Assembly: GCA_051294375.1 (NCBI GenBank)
Contig: CM119263.1
Span: forward strand, 8,974,278-9,038,257
DNA: 63,980 bases
From: Paraspadella gotoi
Taxonomy: Eukaryota > Animalia > Chaetognatha
Direction: 5' to 3'
The translations under genes were made by a program, and so were the position numbers. The stretch's first letter is position 1, and the number at the start of each line of letters is the position of its first letter. Shown here piece by piece: positions 62,994 to 63,980 of this stretch. Under the pieces are notes generated by a model. It worked only from the letters and a program-made list of their open reading frames with translations, was not told where the DNA came from and did not search any database.

Positions 62994-63980
62994 CGCGCAT
63001 ATCCGGTGTTTTAATCAAATCTAATCCGATCCCTCCTACCGACTCTCCGACCAGGGGATTAAAATCTGGGCAGTTTAAAAAACTCGAATGTGTGAGAGGG
63101 AGAGAGAGAGAGAGAGAGAGAGANNNNNNNNNNNNNNNNNNNNNNNNNNNNNNNNNNNNNNNNNNNNNNNNNNNNNNNNNNNNNNNNNNNNNNNNNNNNN
63201 NNNNNNNNNNNNNNNNNNNNNNNNNNNNNNNNNNNNNNNNNNNNNNNNNNNNNNNNNNNNNNNNNNNNNNNNCTCCGTTGGTGGTCCGCCTTTTCCGCCG
63301 ACGGGCCTTAAGTCGATGCTCTCTCGCTAAAGGTGGACAACGTGTTGGTGAATTCGTTAAAGGAAAAAAAATTATGGTGGCCTATTTGTTAAAGGTGGAC
63401 TACGTGGAGGCGAATTTACAAATTATTTCAAAGTAAACGATAAAATTAAATAATTTGTTTTAACTCGGGCTCACGACGTTTGTTTTTAATTTTGACAACA
63501 TTTATATTTTTTTACANNNNNNNNNNNNNNNNNNNNNNNNNNNNNNNNNNNNNNNNNNNNNNNNNNNNNNNNNNNNNNNNNNNNNNNNNNNNNNNNNNNN
63601 NNNNNNNNNNNNNNNNNNNNNNNNNNNNNNNNNNNNNNNNNNNNNNNNNNNNNNNNNNNNNNNNNNNNNNNATAGATGATCCTTGATCAGTCTCTTTGAC
63701 CGATTACCAGTTGGGTCGGTCCCGGTTAAAAAATAAAACTAAGGAAAAATTTAAAATAAATGACGAGATGAAGAATCAAGTGGAGAAAGAGAAAGAAGGA
63801 AAAAGTCCGCGAGAAAGAAGAAGAAGAGGCGAATGAGAACAAAGAAACGAACGAAGAATAAATACATCATAAAATATATTTTCTTAAACGATAAAAAAAG
63901 TGGTGAAAAGAATGAGAAAAAAAATGTAAAATTGATTCGGCATGTGTCAAGGAGCCACTGAGACAGGAATGATTTATCAA

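Overview
This is intron-containing eukaryotic DNA from an invertebrate animal draft assembly (AT-rich, many AG/CT microsatellites, many N gaps). Genes reconstructed by hand from splice sites and protein motifs: (1) two tandem minus-strand flavin-containing monooxygenases of the bacterial mFMO/trimethylamine-monooxygenase (Tmm) type that carry spliceosomal introns, one with a +1 frameshift in its last exon, separated by a tRNA-Thr(CGT); (2) a 12-exon WDR88-like WD40 gene head-to-head with the second FMO; (3) a 7-exon aldo-keto reductase; (4) a long multiple-cysteine-cluster Toll-like receptor (>=1200 aa) with a polybasic insertion in its juxtamembrane LRRCT and a degenerate TIR domain. About 30 kb of the window (15.7-27.4 kb and 37.2-56.0 kb) consists of direct and inverted copies of neighbouring sequence beside 25-N gaps, including an apparently perfect 9.3-kb-arm palindrome. 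These look like gap-filling artefacts rather than real gene duplications. Smaller elements are three tRNA-like SINE candidates (two share a 25-bp core), a foldback MITE in a WDR88 intron, a 9-bp periodic repeat with possible basic-protein coding potential, and an RFX X-box upstream of the Toll gene. The best candidates for new biology are the intronised bacterial-type FMO pair and the furin-loop Toll receptor. All family assignments come from recalled motifs, not from database searches.
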